A DNA stretch of 64,000 bases, from contig OX337236.1 of NCBI GenBank assembly GCA_946965045.2, positions 1,612,001 to 1,676,000 of the forward strand. Direction: 5' to 3'. The position numbers were made by a program, and so were the translations under genes. Source of the DNA: Epithemia pelagica (taxonomy: Eukaryota > Protista > Bacillariophyta). The notes under the pieces were generated by a model. That model searched no databases. It worked only from the letters and a program-made list of their open reading frames with translations, and was not told where the DNA came from. This document shows positions 54,783 through 64,000 of this stretch, piece after piece (position 1 is the first letter of the stretch; every line of letters starts with the position of its first letter).

Positions 54783-56066
54783 CTAGTCATTTATTTCATC
54801 GTCATCATCATCATCAGAATATTCTTCGTCGTCATTCCAGTCGTGATCGTTTGCTTGTCCTTCTTCTTGTGCTGCTGTAGATTGTTGCTGTTGTTCTTCT
54901 TGATAGTTTTCCCTCACGTAGTTAAAATACGTGCGAATCTGATTGCGATCCATGGTCTCTGTTCTGAAATTCAGCAGAAGGACAGAGCACCAAAGGATCA
55001 ATTCGCGACGCATTTGACACGTTGGGAGTTTACTTACAACACGACGAAAAACTTTCGTCAGACAACCGTTGCCCCACTCACTCGCCTGACGGAGGTGCGT
55101 CAGCAATCGTTCGTATTCCGACTTGTCCATCGTGTTTTCGTTGCCCTCCTTCAGTTTGACAAGCTTACCACTCATGTCTCCACTTGTCTTGAATGCCGAA
55201 TCGCAAACAGCCAGATATGGGTCCGGCAACTTCTTGATATGGTCGTAAATGTTCCCCCAGTAACATGACTTGCTGTCATGAAAGTTACCAGGGGCGTTTA
55301 CGACACAATCAATCACTTTTCCCGAAGGTGACCAAACAAAAATGCAGTTGCGATTCGTATCACCCGTCCATCCATTGTAATCTCGGTTTTGCTTCTTGGG
55401 ATCAGGGTCGTTGAGGGTGACCAGCTTTAAACCATCCATCATCGCAATGACGTAGCGGATGGCTTCGAAGGCTGCAGTCAGACTCGCTTGCTCCTGTAGA
55501 TTGTCTTCCGACATGTCCCAAAATACACGAGCTTTCTCGTTGTTCACTAGGGCCTTGAGGATGCTTCCAAGGCCAAGATAGACGCAGTTTTTGAATTGGG
55601 TGGCGAGTGCACCAAACTGGCAGTGTAGGTTCTTGACTTCACTGCGACATGTCAACCACTTCACCGCCATCACCAAAATATCGTAAGCGTCAAATCGTCG
55701 GCGTTGAATGTCTTGCTCCTGCGGTACACCCTGTCGCGGATCAATACTTGAGGATATGATTGATTGCTGTGTCAACTCAACCAATTCGTTGATCGCCTCC
55801 CTTGAGAAGGCGGTGAAGTGGAGGAATTCAAGGTCATCTCCATGGTGACGGACGCGGTACCAAAAAGAGTCCTTGCTTTGTCCAACGACACGTCGTCGAT
55901 AACGACCTTGTACCGCTCGGACAACCGTATCTGTCTGTTGGGAAGCAGCAACAGCAGCAACAGCAGAAACTGAAGATGCTAAGCTGTCATGGTGATGGAT
56001 GACAGCTGTAGCGATAGCAAGCAACGCCTTCTTCTTACGTTCAGCGAAAGATTCGGAAGTCGACAT
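54783..56066 (-). CDS. Harbinger DDE_Tnp_4 transposase
   Basis: 'MMDGLK', 'YNGW', 'NAPGNFHDS', 'VCDSAF' and 'RQASEWG'; uninterrupted 427-aa ORF. Confidence 0.9.
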   Translation of the reverse strand: MSTSESFAERKKKALLAIATAVIHHHDSLASSVSAVAAVAASQQTDTVVRAVQGRYRRRVVGQSKDSFWYRVRHHGDDLEFLHFTAFSREAINELVELTQQSIISSSIDPRQGVPQEQDIQRRRFDAYDILVMAVKWLTCRSEVKNLHCQFGALATQFKNCVYLGLGSILKALVNNEKARVFWDMSEDNLQEQASLTAAFEAIRYVIAMMDGLKLVTLNDPDPKKQNRDYNGWTGDTNRNCIFVWSPSGKVIDCVVNAPGNFHDSKSCYWGNIYDHIKKLPDPYLAVCDSAFKTSGDMSGKLVKLKEGNENTMDKSEYERLLTHLRQASEWGNGCLTKVFRRVVSKLPTCQMRRELILWCSVLLLNFRTETMDRNQIRTYFNYVRENYQEEQQQQSTAAQEEGQANDHDWNDDEEYSDDDDDDEIND

Positions 56067-56544
56067 GCCGAAATTTGTGAGCCGTTGGATGGAGATTTTG
56101 GTTCCAAATCGTTTAGGATTCGTTTAGGACTTTCGATTGCTTCCAGAAGATGACCGATCGAAAGTCCTAAACAAGAGGCCTTTCAATCCTAAACTGGAGG
56201 CCAAATGCGTCTGAACGTCGTACGATTTGGAGCGATCTGATTGGCTAAGAATAGGATTTTTAGGATTCTAGGTCAAACCGTTTTCCTCCAGTACTTGACA
56301 TAATACGACATGTTCCGCACGAACGTTCACGTCAAATAATGTTGTGGAAAATAATAGTCGCTCGTGCCGCGCGAGCAAGCTTCGACTCCGTTTAATTCAA
56401 GATCATCCAAAACAGCCCACGCTAAAATCTTGTCCGGTTCCCAAAACCCAAAAGACTGAAACTCACCGTTCACGAATATACAACCGACCGTGTCAGAAGA
56501 GGATATGAACAAGTACACGCTGTTCGATCATATTCCAACGCACC

Positions 56545-57414
56545 ATGTATCAGATAATGCCTCCCATGCACTTGGAACAAGATCGAGCTCCTCAGTTTGG
56601 CAGTGTTCGAAGCTTTGGCGCAGCTCCTTCAGATCGAATAGGGCTCCCAATGGACGACGATGACAACTCCCACCCATCAGCTTCGGGAAACTGTTCGGGA
56701 AGAAGGCCAAGCTGTGGGTCTGAAAGTTCAGAGAGGATCAACTGGTCTTTGACGTACAGTAGCGATGAAGAATCACAAGTAAATCAAAGATTGCACCGCT
56801 CTTATTCGGATCCATCACTGGAAGAAAGTATGTTGGTTCGAGATCCTATCCGAAGTTTGATGTATCAAGAGCCCCGCAGAAGATCCCGGAGCAGTTGCAG
56901 CAGGGATAATGAAGATCTTCTCATTGAGGGAGGTGGGAGCAGAGAACTTCAAATCGAATCCTGCTCAGAGAAGGACAAGGGGAAGGCTTCTTCTACCGTT
57001 GTGTATCATGGTTTGGCTTCTTCCATCCGTTCTGCTTTGACATGTTCTCCAACGCGAATACTGTTCGTTTTGTTTGTTGTATGTAGCTACACGACCTTCT
57101 TTCTTCCATATCCTGGTGTTCGCCCTCAAGTAAATCAAATGCCCCTTATCCGCCAAGAAATTCCAGGGAGCCCCTTGACGATGCATAATCAAAGCACGCC
57201 ACTTATTGCAAAAGCATCACCGGGAATGTATCAAGCGAGGGCAGCTCCGGAGCTGGAACTTACATTCCGACCAGGGCTGGAAAGATACTATGCACAGGAG
57301 GGATTCTCAACTTATGCCTGGACAAAATATGCTAACATAATGGCGCTTGGAACAGTTGCTGTTTGGGCGGCTGTTGAACTTCGCCAACGAGGAGATGTTG
57401 TAACCGCACGGTGA
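56545..57414 (+). CDS. Hypothetical membrane protein
   Basis: 289-aa ATG-initiated ORF with a Ser-rich disordered N-terminus and two hydrophobic segments. No family recognised. Confidence 0.55.
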   Translation: MYQIMPPMHLEQDRAPQFGSVRSFGAAPSDRIGLPMDDDDNSHPSASGNCSGRRPSCGSESSERINWSLTYSSDEESQVNQRLHRSYSDPSLEESMLVRDPIRSLMYQEPRRRSRSSCSRDNEDLLIEGGGSRELQIESCSEKDKGKASSTVVYHGLASSIRSALTCSPTRILFVLFVVCSYTTFFLPYPGVRPQVNQMPLIRQEIPGSPLTMHNQSTPLIAKASPGMYQARAAPELELTFRPGLERYYAQEGFSTYAWTKYANIMALGTVAVWAAVELRQRGDVVTAR

Positions 57415-57609
57415 TTTTTGATTCTTCTCGCATCACAAGTACATACATATAACTGTTAAGAGATTTATGTTTTTGTGTTCCTGTGTCTTAGATCAGCTGT
57501 GATTGCGTCGCCACATAAAACACTTCCCAATCATCTAGAGCTCTCTCTGATAGATACTAGGGTCGTCGTTGTTGCTTAGAAGCGAACCCAATGAAGAACG
57601 TTGTAACAC

Positions 57610-59301
57610 CTAATATTCTAGTGATACACCGGGTCTCGGTTGTTTCTCAGCACTTTTGCGAATAGATCGCCGACTTCACGGAAAGTCACACACATCATGA
57701 TCGTGAGTGTTTCTTGTTCCAAAGGTTTATGGGGACTACCAGAGAACGGATGATACGACAACTTACTTTCGATTCTTGATGTGAAACGGATGATGACGAC
57801 CAGTGGCGTCACATTTTCGACAGGTTTGCGTGGTGTGGAACATGACTCCTTTCTCATTCACACTAAACTGCAATCGAAACCCATGAGCCTTACCCCAACA
57901 TTTCTCTAGAGCCAGGAATTCATCTTCCGTGAGAATTTCAACAACTGAGTAGTTTTCACAGTCTAACAATTCATTTCGGTCCAGCATGGGAGAGGATGGT
58001 TCCACCGCAGCCGCGGCAACTGCTGGTCGAGGAAGATCCTCCATTTCTCGAAACAATGCTAGTTGTCGGTTGAGTTCAGCTGGGCTTCCGATGCCGGCAG
58101 CTCTCATAGCTTCCACAGTCTCAGGATCTGGACCTTGACCAGGAATCATGCCGGGGACAACAGATTCCGCGAGAGGTCGACCAGGAGACTCTGGGATGGT
58201 TGCCGCAACTGGTGAGCAAAGCAAGCTTTCACCATGAGGAACGAGAAGTTCCGGAGATTCACCGTACAAGTAGGTCTCCAGGTGCGGTGGCAACAAGGCC
58301 AGACGATGTGCGTCGCACAACAAGCACGCCGAGTCTGGAGGGGGAACATTTCCTCCTTCACCAGTCTTGATATAACGGCGCCATGCGTAGCACCACGAAC
58401 GAGGCAGGACATAGTAGTTACCATGAATCAAGGGACACTGTCCAGGCACTGTGGCGGTGAGAATGGAATGGGCAGGGACCCCCGTACGACGTTTGTAGAA
58501 CTGCCGAATGTCTTCGTTGGCCAGAGGACGCCTTCGTTCCAACTTTTCTTTTTCCAGCCGGTCACTCTCGTTTCTCTTTGCAGTCTCAATTTCGAGAGTG
58601 CACTGAAGACATTCACCCACGGCAGATTCAAGCTGTGTCGAATCTGGGTACAACTTCTTAAGAATCTTCCATGCCTGACGATCCAAAACACGGCGGCGGG
58701 CTCGCGCAGACTTGACACTGGTGCAACGTTGGAGGTTCTGGTGTTCGCAGAGTAGATCTATGTTCGCGTTTGGCCAAGGTGGGTTGGCATCGGAGAGCTT
58801 GCGGTCGCGGAGTCTTTTCTTCTTTTTCGATAGCTTTTGAGGACGGCAAGACTGTTCTTGTTGGACTTCCAGCCATCGAAGAGCCGCTTTGCACCATGAT
58901 TTGGAAACAATGAATCCGGTGGCAGGTTCGGGGCTACTCAATGCACGCGCAACGACCAGAAGCTCCATATTTCGAAGATGCTCGAATGTATACAACGGCT
59001 TTTTGATATTCGAACCGAGCTTTCGTCCAACAGATTTTCCTCCTTTGGGCGGCGCGGATGGTGATGATTCAAAGCCCAGAGTGTATTCGGAGGGATAAAT
59101 CTCTTCCGCAAAATGCGAAACCACTGTATCAATCAATTCAGGCTGAGCATAAAACTTGCAAGTCATCTGAACAGCCGATAGATCGTATGCTCGAAGATAT
59201 GTCAAAATGTTGACTTGAGTATCAATTGGCAAATTCAAAAGGCATGCATTGGCTTCTTGACTTCGATTTGTTGATTTAGATGATGGAGGGTTTGACGTCA
59301 T
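57610..59301 (-). CDS. F-box-like domain plus USP48-like DUSP repeats protein
   Basis: 'LLNLPIDTQVNILTYL..YDLSAVQMTCK', 'IVSKSW...W...NIDLLCEH' and 'YVLPRSWCYAWRRYI...LLCDAH'. The 3' end assumes an intron at 57674-57766; otherwise the stop is at 57763. Confidence 0.6.
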
Positions 59302-60338
59302 TGTGTAAATTGAGCTGAGTTGAGTGGATTTTGTTTGAAATATGGGTACAATAGGATGTATGCGAATGGAGAAAACAAAAGGTACACGTTTGGGAGAAAG
59401 CAAAATTCAAAAATGTTCGGTAGCAGAGAGGGGAAGTTGGCCGAAAGAGAATATACAAGAACAAAGGACGAATGAAGTAGTCTCAAAAACAAAACGTTTG
59501 TTTTTGATGAGAAATGGAATCTATGATATGTACAAAGGGTGGGAAAGCTTGCTTGAATCGATGTATGAGAAGATTCGTTCGAACAGGGAAGGCTTTGTTG
59601 CGATGAGATGATGGCGAGATGCGCTTCCGACCAGGGTGTGGAAGTTGGAAAATCAGCCATTAGACTTAACTTCCCAACTAATAATTCATTAGACAGTTTA
59701 CTGTGATGCGACTTGTACCCACTAGTTAATGCAACATGTATGATTAACTTAACTTAAACTAATCAAATCACAAAACCACGATACAGAATGAACTTGCAAC
59801 TAATAGTCTAACACGACTAAGGTACTAACTTGACTAGATTAAATATGGTTCCAATGAAGAACCTGCAACTTAACTTAGACTAACTTTGAAAGTCGTAGTT
59901 TCTTTTCTGAGTCTGCAACTAGACTAAACAAGTCCAAGTTGCAACTTTGCCCCTTGTAATTAAACTTCATCCCTCTGTCACCTCCATAGTTACAACTATT
60001 AGTTGCAACTTCTTTGTTGTCGTAGTCACAAACAACAACTTTTATTCAGAGGAACCATTCACTCTTATCTGTTTCTACGTATTTATTCACACTCTTCCTG
60101 CACATATTTACCAATATCACTCCCAGAGGAGTAGAACGTTCACGACTCACGACAGAGGTTCAACCAACACTCACAACTCTCAACCTCTCACAACATTCAC
60201 CAATCCACTGTCACCTGTCACCTTTACCTCTGTTCCTTTCCATCAACGACACAACCTTCAGTTTTCCTTCCCTTCTCATTTCTCATTGCCACTATTATTT
60301 CCCCATCCTCAACCCCATGCATCTTATATTCAAGTACA

Positions 60339-62180
60339 ATGGAAGCATCAGATGACCGTACCATCAACCTCGATGTGACTTGTCACCAAGTCATCACTGT
60401 GACCCATATTCCAATGTCGTTCATGACCATGATGCTAGAGGACTCAACTTTGCTAACCACTCCCTTGGAAAAGGCGACACAAGACTTGGCAATGGAGAAC
60501 ATAAAAGATGTGGTGTTGCTGTGGCTTACCCGGTACAATGGAAGTCTGCACTACCAACAAGTCGACTATCCATCCAACACAAGCCACCCTTGTTTATCTC
60601 CCAGTCGCATGTCATTCGAAAGCTTACTGAACACTGTCTGTCGAATAGTGTTTACGGGTCTGTATTCCCAAGAAGATGACTCATTCCAAGTCACATACGA
60701 GATGAACCCCCCCACCGACGACCTCCCCTTCATCTCCATTGAAGGAAAATGCCGACCAATATTTTCTTTGCCTTCCTCCAATGGTCTCAGAGCTTTTCAA
60801 AAATTCAATGCCGATTACCATCAGCAAAACAACTACACTAAACTTTCCGTGGAATGGAATCTTCTAACCTGGATGACCCGACACAATGCCAGAATCCAGG
60901 TTAGAAATTCCTTTGACCTACGGACAGAGTGTCCTATTTGTATTAGTCCAAGCATCGACATCGTTGTTGAGGACATTGTTGCGCATACTAAGAAGAGCAC
61001 GAAGGAGGATGACCGTTACTCAATGAAACTGGATACAACAACGTCCCCTCCTCCTATTGATACAAGTCCTCCATCAACTCCAGTTGCCAAAGCTTCTCAA
61101 TCTACCATGGGCCCAAATAGCAACAACGCTTCTACTTCTGTCAACCATGAATATTGGGCTTCTTCTCCTGTCATTGATGAATATTGGACCAAGCGACAAT
61201 TTTCCCCCACTGCCCATGTCTTGACTCGGCAAAGAAAAACTGTTCTCTGCCATGCTTTATTGCAATCATGTTCCGCCAAGGAACAGATAGTCTATGGCGA
61301 CAGACACATGCCTGGGACACCTGCAATTACCAAACCTGTCATGACCAGAATGTTTCGCCCTTCCATCCCCATTAGAAACCAATCCACAATTGATTCCCGG
61401 CTGTTTTTACTTGATAATCTTTCCCATTTACGTCGGTATTTCCTTCAGTCTGGTTTGGAAGCCCCCAGAGACACATGGTCCGAATGGATTACCAACAATA
61501 TGTCGGAATATGAAGACTCTGACCCAGCCTTCATGTGTCTCATTGTTATCTTGATGAGCTCGGCCACATCAGATCAAAGTCTCTCTCAAGTGATCCCTCG
61601 CTTATTCCAATCGGGCATCACTAGTGCACAAGGAACAATTGAAGTGTCTACATATTTTGGGATGGATGTTTTCTGTACTTTGTTTGCAGAAACAGGACGG
61701 TATCGTGTCAATGCGGAACGCATAGTCAACGCCGCTGACTATTTCGTCCAGCGACACAAAGGTCGCATTCCTAAAGACATTTCCCTTACTGAGCTTATGA
61801 CCTTACCTGGAATTGGCCACAAGACGGGAACAATCATTCTACAAACGGCATTTGGCCGGACGGAAGGAATTCCCTCAGATATTCATGTTATCCGATCAAC
61901 TAAGGTTCTCAATTGGACGGAGTCTCATATCAATGACGGCATGGAATGCTCTTTGAACCTTCAATCATGGCTTCCTAAAGAACGATGGGAGGAAATCAAT
62001 CCTTTATTTGGTTCTCTAGGACAACTACTTAACAAATCACAGACCAGAAGCAAGTGCCAAGAACAAATGGAGTCTTTTATTGTGGCTCACTCTCATGACA
62101 AATCCGAATCTAAATCTCCAGCGAATCTCCGCCATCTCAAGTATTTCTTTCTGCAGTTGATAAAAGAATATACTAAATGA
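60339..62180 (+). CDS. N-terminally extended endonuclease III-like DNA glycosylase/AP-lyase (HhH-GPD), intact, lacking the 4Fe-4S motif
   Basis: 'ILMSSATSD', HhH 'LPGIGHKT' (catalytic Lys), 'GIPSDIHV' (catalytic Asp) and NTH1-like 'LQSWLPKERWEEINPLFGSLGQ'; 613-aa uninterrupted ORF. Confidence 0.88.
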   Translation: MEASDDRTINLDVTCHQVITVTHIPMSFMTMMLEDSTLLTTPLEKATQDLAMENIKDVVLLWLTRYNGSLHYQQVDYPSNTSHPCLSPSRMSFESLLNTVCRIVFTGLYSQEDDSFQVTYEMNPPTDDLPFISIEGKCRPIFSLPSSNGLRAFQKFNADYHQQNNYTKLSVEWNLLTWMTRHNARIQVRNSFDLRTECPICISPSIDIVVEDIVAHTKKSTKEDDRYSMKLDTTTSPPPIDTSPPSTPVAKASQSTMGPNSNNASTSVNHEYWASSPVIDEYWTKRQFSPTAHVLTRQRKTVLCHALLQSCSAKEQIVYGDRHMPGTPAITKPVMTRMFRPSIPIRNQSTIDSRLFLLDNLSHLRRYFLQSGLEAPRDTWSEWITNNMSEYEDSDPAFMCLIVILMSSATSDQSLSQVIPRLFQSGITSAQGTIEVSTYFGMDVFCTLFAETGRYRVNAERIVNAADYFVQRHKGRIPKDISLTELMTLPGIGHKTGTIILQTAFGRTEGIPSDIHVIRSTKVLNWTESHINDGMECSLNLQSWLPKERWEEINPLFGSLGQLLNKSQTRSKCQEQMESFIVAHSHDKSESKSPANLRHLKYFFLQLIKEYTK

Positions 62181-62282
62181 CTGTCAATATATTATATTTA
62201 CCAAAATGCACTGCGATTATGGATGTATAGTTTCCGTGACGTTTCTTCCATTGTCACCTTCAGTGACATTCGTGGTTGGAGA

Positions 62283-64000
62283 TCAACTGGTACCGTCATT
62301 GTCCGCACTTGAGAATTCCTTCTCTGCAAGTCTTGGGCTTCTTCTCGTTGGCGAGTCGTTTGGGGTTGGGGGTGGTTTGCGATTGTCTTTCTTGCGTGGT
62401 GTTCTAACCACAGTTCTTGCGAGTGCCTCAGAGAGTGAATTCTGCTTCGTCCGTTTCCTTCCTTTTTGAATAGTTGAAGAGGCTTTACGTTTCCCACTAT
62501 CTCCTTTCTTGCCTTCATTGACATTTGCAACGGGCAGACTAGCAACAGTCTTCTCCAACGCGGTTTGTTGAATGAGTTCATTCTTTCTTTCCTGGATGGC
62601 TTCTTTTAACGCCGTGTCAGAATCTTCCTTGTCTTCGTCATCGTCGTAAGGAGCAACAACTTTTCGATCCAAAGCCTCTAGTTGATCTTCATCTCGTGGA
62701 TCGTCTACCAGATCAACCAATTCGACGTCGTCCCATGTCGCATCGCTCACAACTGTCTTCTTATCAACCTTTTTGACCGACTTGAACTTGTAACTTGTCT
62801 CCGCCTCTATGCCGTGGGCACCAATAGTTCCGGACAGTTCGTAGAGTTCCAGCTTCGACGTTGCTCGTAGTACCGTTTCCATCCGAGTCATATCGGATTG
62901 TGTCGGTGTGGCTTTTTCCAGTGGGACAACAGGAACTTGTGTTCCTGCTGCCGGGGTGCGTTGTTGTGCGGTCTGTTGTACCTGACTGACTTCTTCCCCT
63001 TTAGATTCCTGGCTGAGATCTATCACCTTCTTTGCTTGGCGGCCACTGGCTGCCTTTTTTTCGTCGGAGGTCGCGCCTTCTTTGAGTAGCTTTTCATTCT
63101 TGACAATCTCAGAGCGCACCTCCCTTGTAATACTCTCCATAGTGCGCATTTCGAAGTTCTTGTCTAGTTGGCGTCTCATTAAGGGATTCCTATCCATGAA
63201 CGACGACCGAGAGAACACGCGTTCCTGGAACGCGTTTGTCGCAGGTTTCGATATCCAAATCAAGGCACTAGGAAAGAGTTTGGGGAATAGCATCTTGTTG
63301 TCGGACCACCATTTCAAGACGTCAAAATATTTCCCAACGACATGGAAATAGTGTTCCGTACAGGCCAACTTGAATTCTTGTTGTTTTTCAGGGTTCCACG
63401 AACCAGATAGTTTCAGAAATGCGGCAGTGGGATACTGGCGAATCAAGTCCTCCCAGGATCCATGGACAACGTTCTCGCAAAATTCGAGATAGCGTCCAAA
63501 CTGTTCATCACACATCTTGTATAGCTTGGCTCTATCAACTTGGTCATCTGTACTGGTACTTGTCGCCGTCGCCTCCATTAGTGCAGCATTTTCTTTCTCC
63601 TTGGTGATGCGATGTGTCTTGAAGATGTTAAAGCAGTCCATTACATTCGTGACAGCTTTTGGGACTGAAGGCTCTTCCTCTTCGTCCTCGATGATCTCCA
63701 CAGGTGTACTTTCCTTTTGTTGTTCACGTTCCTGCTGCTGATTCGACTTGGATTGGGGATTGGTGCCATTCTTCTTTGGCTGCGAGAACTTGCGGACAAT
63801 GTCCATCACAAATTCTTTCCGAATCCGTTTAAGACTCTCATCGTCGTAAACATTTATGGTTTTCAGTATGTTGGGACCATAAGATGCAAGGAAAGGATGT
63901 CCACACATGGCGTGTTCAGCGTGGGAGTCATGGCCTTCCTCAATGTAGTTTGTATATTCCACAAGTACTCGCTCGATCAACAATTGACTCTTTTCTGACA
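62283..64000 (-). CDS. hAT transposase, C-terminal part (5' end beyond window)
   Basis: 'YFDVLKWW...FPKLFPSALIWISKPATNAFQERVFS' is clearly homologous to the hAT-1 transposase. Confidence 0.88.
   Translation of the reverse strand, partial: SEKSQLLIERVLVEYTNYIEEGHDSHAEHAMCGHPFLASYGPNILKTINVYDDESLKRIRKEFVMDIVRKFSQPKKNGTNPQSKSNQQQEREQQKESTPVEIIEDEEEEPSVPKAVTNVMDCFNIFKTHRITKEKENAALMEATATSTSTDDQVDRAKLYKMCDEQFGRYLEFCENVVHGSWEDLIRQYPTAAFLKLSGSWNPEKQQEFKLACTEHYFHVVGKYFDVLKWWSDNKMLFPKLFPSALIWISKPATNAFQERVFSRSSFMDRNPLMRRQLDKNFEMRTMESITREVRSEIVKNEKLLKEGATSDEKKAASGRQAKKVIDLSQESKGEEVSQVQQTAQQRTPAAGTQVPVVPLEKATPTQSDMTRMETVLRATSKLELYELSGTIGAHGIEAETSYKFKSVKKVDKKTVVSDATWDDVELVDLVDDPRDEDQLEALDRKVVAPYDDDEDKEDSDTALKEAIQERKNELIQQTALEKTVASLPVANVNEGKKGDSGKRKASSTIQKGRKRTKQNSLSEALARTVVRTPRKKDNRKPPPTPNDSPTRRSPRLAEKEFSSADNDGTS

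Larger units (their letters stand above)
53756..56289. mobile_element. Intact PIF/Harbinger transposon (2,534 bp)
   Basis: 31-bp TIR GGAGGAAAACGGTTTGACCTA(A/G)A(T/A)TCCTAAA with two mismatches, 3-bp TSD AGT, and two convergent ORFs. Confidence 0.93.
59632..64000 (-). mobile_element. Second hAT transposon with endonuclease III-like cargo (runs off the window)
   Basis: Terminus CAGGGTGTGGAAGT at 59632, similar to the hAT-1 TIR. AACTT/GCAACT-rich subterminal zone. Same convergent two-gene layout as hAT-1. Confidence 0.85.

Noticed and set aside
1-64000. tRNA, rRNA, CRISPR or prokaryotic operon features
   Set aside because: None seen. The only tRNA-like sequence is the 15-nt PBS.

Overview
Eukaryotic nuclear DNA, almost certainly from a pennate (raphid) diatom. 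This is inferred from short GT-AG introns, a CoDi-type Ty1/copia element, plastid-signal 'xAF' motifs and the diatom guanylate cyclase/phosphodiesterase (GC/PDE) fusion family. The first ~14.6 kb is mostly host genes: PsbP-domain, GT-A-like, DUF92/TMEM19, AAA-ATPase/PD-(D/E)XK, a methyltransferase, AIP1, UTP11 and DUF1995. The rest is a transposon-rich mosaic around three GC/PDE paralogues in different states of decay. It holds a full-length copia element (161-bp LTRs; PBS matching a half tRNA-Ile), a PHIS/Harbinger-like element with a nested central palindrome, a 1.27-kb TIR element and an intact PIF/Harbinger. It also holds two strongly diverged hAT elements. The most striking observation is that both hAT elements carry the same convergent cargo gene, an N-terminally extended endonuclease III (NTH1-like, HhH-GPD) DNA glycosylase/AP-lyase. 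In the complete copy (39658-46319) this gene lies inside the TIRs and an 8-bp TSD. All calls come from reading the sequence by eye; no database searches were run.
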